Source of the DNA: a virus | Taxonomy: Duplodnaviria > Caudoviricetes | DNA length: 58,634 nt | Strand: one strand, 5' to 3' | Virus record (IMG/VR): IMGVR_UViG_3300021180_000013 | Span: 1-58,634 of that record | Shown here: piece by piece, positions 56,629 through 58,634 of the stretch | Layout: every line of letters begins with the position of its first letter | Position numbering within the stretch: the stretch's first letter is position 1 | The notes under the pieces: model-generated | Databases searched by the model: none | What the model saw: the letters and a program-made list of their open reading frames with translations, nothing else | What the model was told of the DNA's origin: nothing | Program-made: the position numbers and the translations under genes

Positions 56629-56984
56629 CTTTTTACGGTTGTACTTCAGCCCACGATGGCCCTCACCAATCCTTCTCGCGTGTTCAGCCGTTAGCTTATA
56701 TCCTTTCTTTCTAACGGGAGGCCGCTTGTTATACAGATTGACAGACCATGTAGCCCAACGTACATTACCAATCTCATAGTGACCATCGTTATTGATACGA
56801 TCTAGCGTGTATCCTTTAGGGCGAGGGCCAAGATGATTATAGAACTCATAGAAATCGGCGAACTTGAATTGTATTCCACGCCCGCCGTAATCATCCCAAG
56901 ACGCATCAGTCGGGTCAGTACATCTACGCCGTGCGAGTGAAATGCTTTGTACTCTACCCCGTACTTATCGTCCCAGTCACCCAT
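56617..56984 (-). pseudogene. frameshifted HNH endonuclease
   Basis: MGDWDDKYGVEYKAFHS continues in the -1 frame near 56934 as ARRRC..YGGRGI..GPRPKGYTLDRINNDGHYEIGNVRWA to TGA at 56617; homologous to 42073..42516. Confidence 0.78.
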
Positions 56985-56987
56985 TTT

Positions 56988-57578
56988 CTACTGTTCCCAT
57001 GCCCGTTGGTACTTGGCAAATGCCTTTGGATTGGTTTCATACGCATCTGCTGGATAGATACGCTTCGTCTCAAGCTGATGCTTGAACGCCGGATCGTCTC
57101 CCCCACGCTCGCGACGAGTAATAATACACTCAACGCCAACAAGCATCGCGGAGATGTTCGCAACGTAGCTATCGAAGTCCACTGGCTGTGTGAGTTCGAG
57201 CTCCTGCGGATCCCGGCCAGCTGAACGCGCAACGCTGTTAGGATTGAAAACGAGCGTCTGTAGCTCTGCCGTCTTATCACTGTTCGCAACGGACATACGG
57301 AAAGACACCTGAGCCTTTTCATCCAACGTCCGTGGATCGAACGACTTGCTCCCCAACTGCTCAACGTACTGCTTCGGGAGCCAGATCACTTTGTTCGTTT
57401 CGAGCGTCGGCACGTCGCGTGAGACAAAGCTAATCTTCACCCCCGGCGTCAGCTTCTCTTTACTCGTAATACCCTCAACGCTAACGATCGTCGCGCGATG
57501 AGCATCGGGCGCCGACGGTGGAACTTCCAACTCCTGCACGCTAAAAAAATCATTCTCTGTCATTGTATCCTCGATCAT
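56988..57578 (-). CDS. putative single-stranded DNA-binding (OB-fold-like) protein
   Basis: AGGAG before ATG 57578; HRATIVSVE..GVKISF..LVGVECIITR pattern; in the replication module. Confidence 0.45.
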   Translation of the reverse strand: MIEDTMTENDFFSVQELEVPPSAPDAHRATIVSVEGITSKEKLTPGVKISFVSRDVPTLETNKVIWLPKQYVEQLGSKSFDPRTLDEKAQVSFRMSVANSDKTAELQTLVFNPNSVARSAGRDPQELELTQPVDFDSYVANISAMLVGVECIITRRERGGDDPAFKHQLETKRIYPADAYETNPKAFAKYQRAWEQ

Positions 57579-57594
57579 TTTTTCTCCTGGTTGA

Positions 57595-57996
57595 TTACTT
57601 GTGGTGTACTGCGACGGGATTAGAATATGACAAAACGTCATTTTCGTCAAGAGGATTATTATTCGTTGGTTCATGCTCCTCAGGCTCAATCGATCGGATC
57701 CAATCCGCGAGCTGGTCAATCGTCATTTTACCCGACATCACATATTGATCAAACGGCAACCAGACAATTGTCGTGCCTGTGAGCTCATACCGTTTGAACG
57801 GGCACGTCACAGTCTTACCCTGCAACCACGGCCAGTTCTCTAGAAGATGATTATAGTAATCCTTCGCCAGCGGTTCCGACTCAACTTGCACTCCAATAGC
57901 ATTACACGCCATCGTCACAGCACAAGCGTTAATATCCGTAGCTCGCGGCTCCTCGATCAGCAAACTACCCATTCGTATTGCTTCAGACAGTCTCAC
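57595..57996 (-). CDS. hypothetical phage protein (MRLSEAIRMG...)
   Basis: GGAGGAG before GTG 57996; ends with IDQLADWIRSIE. Confidence 0.65.
   Translation of the reverse strand: MRLSEAIRMGSLLIEEPRATDINACAVTMACNAIGVQVESEPLAKDYYNHLLENWPWLQGKTVTCPFKRYELTGTTIVWLPFDQYVMSGKMTIDQLADWIRSIEPEEHEPTNNNPLDENDVLSYSNPVAVHHK
57622..57650 (-). promoter_or_regulatory. sigma70-like promoter with TGAC-N5-GTCA palindrome in the spacer
   Basis: Minus strand TTGACG-17 nt-TATTCT; TGACGTTTTGTCATA is identical to 18096-18110. Confidence 0.72.
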
Positions 57997-58312
57997 TCTT
58001 CTCCTCCTTATACCTCTTCGGTATTCTCCCTCGACCGCCCTTCTTCCACTTCCCAAATCCCTTCCTCGTACTCACCCTCCTCTGCTGCTTCTCCCTACAC
58101 TCATCACACTGCTGCTCGTACCGATTATCCTTCGGTCCCCGGCAGGAGTAGCATTTCCCAGTATAAATCAATCGATAACGATAAATCAACTGTCGAACGT
58201 ACACTTTTCTCTCAGACACATACCCATCTGCGATATCACGCTCGCACTCGGGACACGGCTCGGACGCCCTCCGTAAATGAACACAGCGCTTCTCAGCTGG
58301 AGGACGGGGCAT
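57983..58312 (-). CDS. basic Cys-rich zinc-finger protein
   Basis: CVH..CPEC, CYSC..CDEC. Confidence 0.6.
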   Translation of the reverse strand: MPRPPAEKRCVHLRRASEPCPECERDIADGYVSERKVYVRQLIYRYRLIYTGKCYSCRGPKDNRYEQQCDECREKQQRRVSTRKGFGKWKKGGRGRIPKRYKEEKSETV

Positions 58313-58314
58313 TA

Positions 58315-58530
58315 TTACCCCTTCAGTGCCTTCTTAATCGCCTCAGCGATCGCTCGAAGCGTCTTTGGCCCGGAGAACGCAACGATCCCGCCCTGGTAAT
58401 GAACCGTCATATACGCCTCTTTCCCCTCACCAACCACGAACAACTCCCCACTCTGATGACAATTATCCGACACAACAGAGATAACCGCCTCACCGTCCCG
58501 ATCCGGATCCAACTTACGCACTCTTGCCAT
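58315..58530 (-). CDS. small hypothetical protein
   Basis: GAAGGGGG before ATG; 71 aa. Confidence 0.6.
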   Translation of the reverse strand: MARVRKLDPDRDGEAVISVVSDNCHQSGELFVVGEGKEAYMTVHYQGGIVAFSGPKTLRAIAEAIKKALKG

Positions 58531-58556
58531 TATTTTACCCCCTTCGTCGTTACAAT

Positions 58557-58634
58557 TCTAAATAAAATTTAAGCCTATCCGCTTGCCATTTTCTTTCGGC
58601 GGTGTTGGCGGCGTAGGCGGCGTAGGCGGCGTAG
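58557..58634 (-). CDS. 3' end of a truncated gene with Pro-Thr-Pro repeats
   Basis: GGCGGCGTA tandem repeat reads PTPPTPPTPPKENGKRIGLNFI* on the minus strand. Confidence 0.5.

Noticed and set aside
58598-58634. Terminal or telomere-like tandem repeat
   Set aside because: Reads as Pro-Thr-Pro repeats in frame with a stop on the minus strand; it is the window edge.
1-58634. Alternative genetic code or stop-codon reassignment
   Set aside because: All three stops end genes normally and coding density is high under the standard code.

Overview
This window is part of a tailed dsDNA phage genome with a podovirus/P22-like gene order and two converging arms. The + arm (1-41.2 kb) carries packaging and morphogenesis genes: a probable TerS C-terminus, TerL, portal, a tail fibre/spike block placed between portal and scaffold, scaffold, major capsid, GroES/GroEL, head-tail and tail-hub proteins, ejection proteins and a lysis cassette. 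The - arm (41.2-58.6 kb) carries SSB-like, secreted beta-helix, UDG-like, MTase, family A DNA polymerase, exonuclease and nucleotide-modification-associated genes. It also carries a ~8.6 kb operon of an HTH regulator, a NusG paralogue, a lipoprotein, five glycosyltransferase genes and an NDP-sugar epimerase. About ten homing-endonuclease-like genes are interspersed. The best candidates for an undescribed system are: (1) the phage glycan-synthesis operon with its own NusG/RfaH-like factor; (2) a TGAC-N5-GTCA operator that overlaps sigma70-like promoters on both arms; (3) a PolA with non-canonical motif B beside an apparently permuted UDG; (4) structured non-coding regions at 18.6-18.8, 27.96-28.03 and 56.3-56.6 kb; and (5) translational-control signals (GGAGTCTC at start codons, GAGGA-loop hairpins, an ATT start, leaderless starts). 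No tRNA, rRNA, CRISPR array or integrase was recognised. All family names come from motif recognition by eye, not from database searches.
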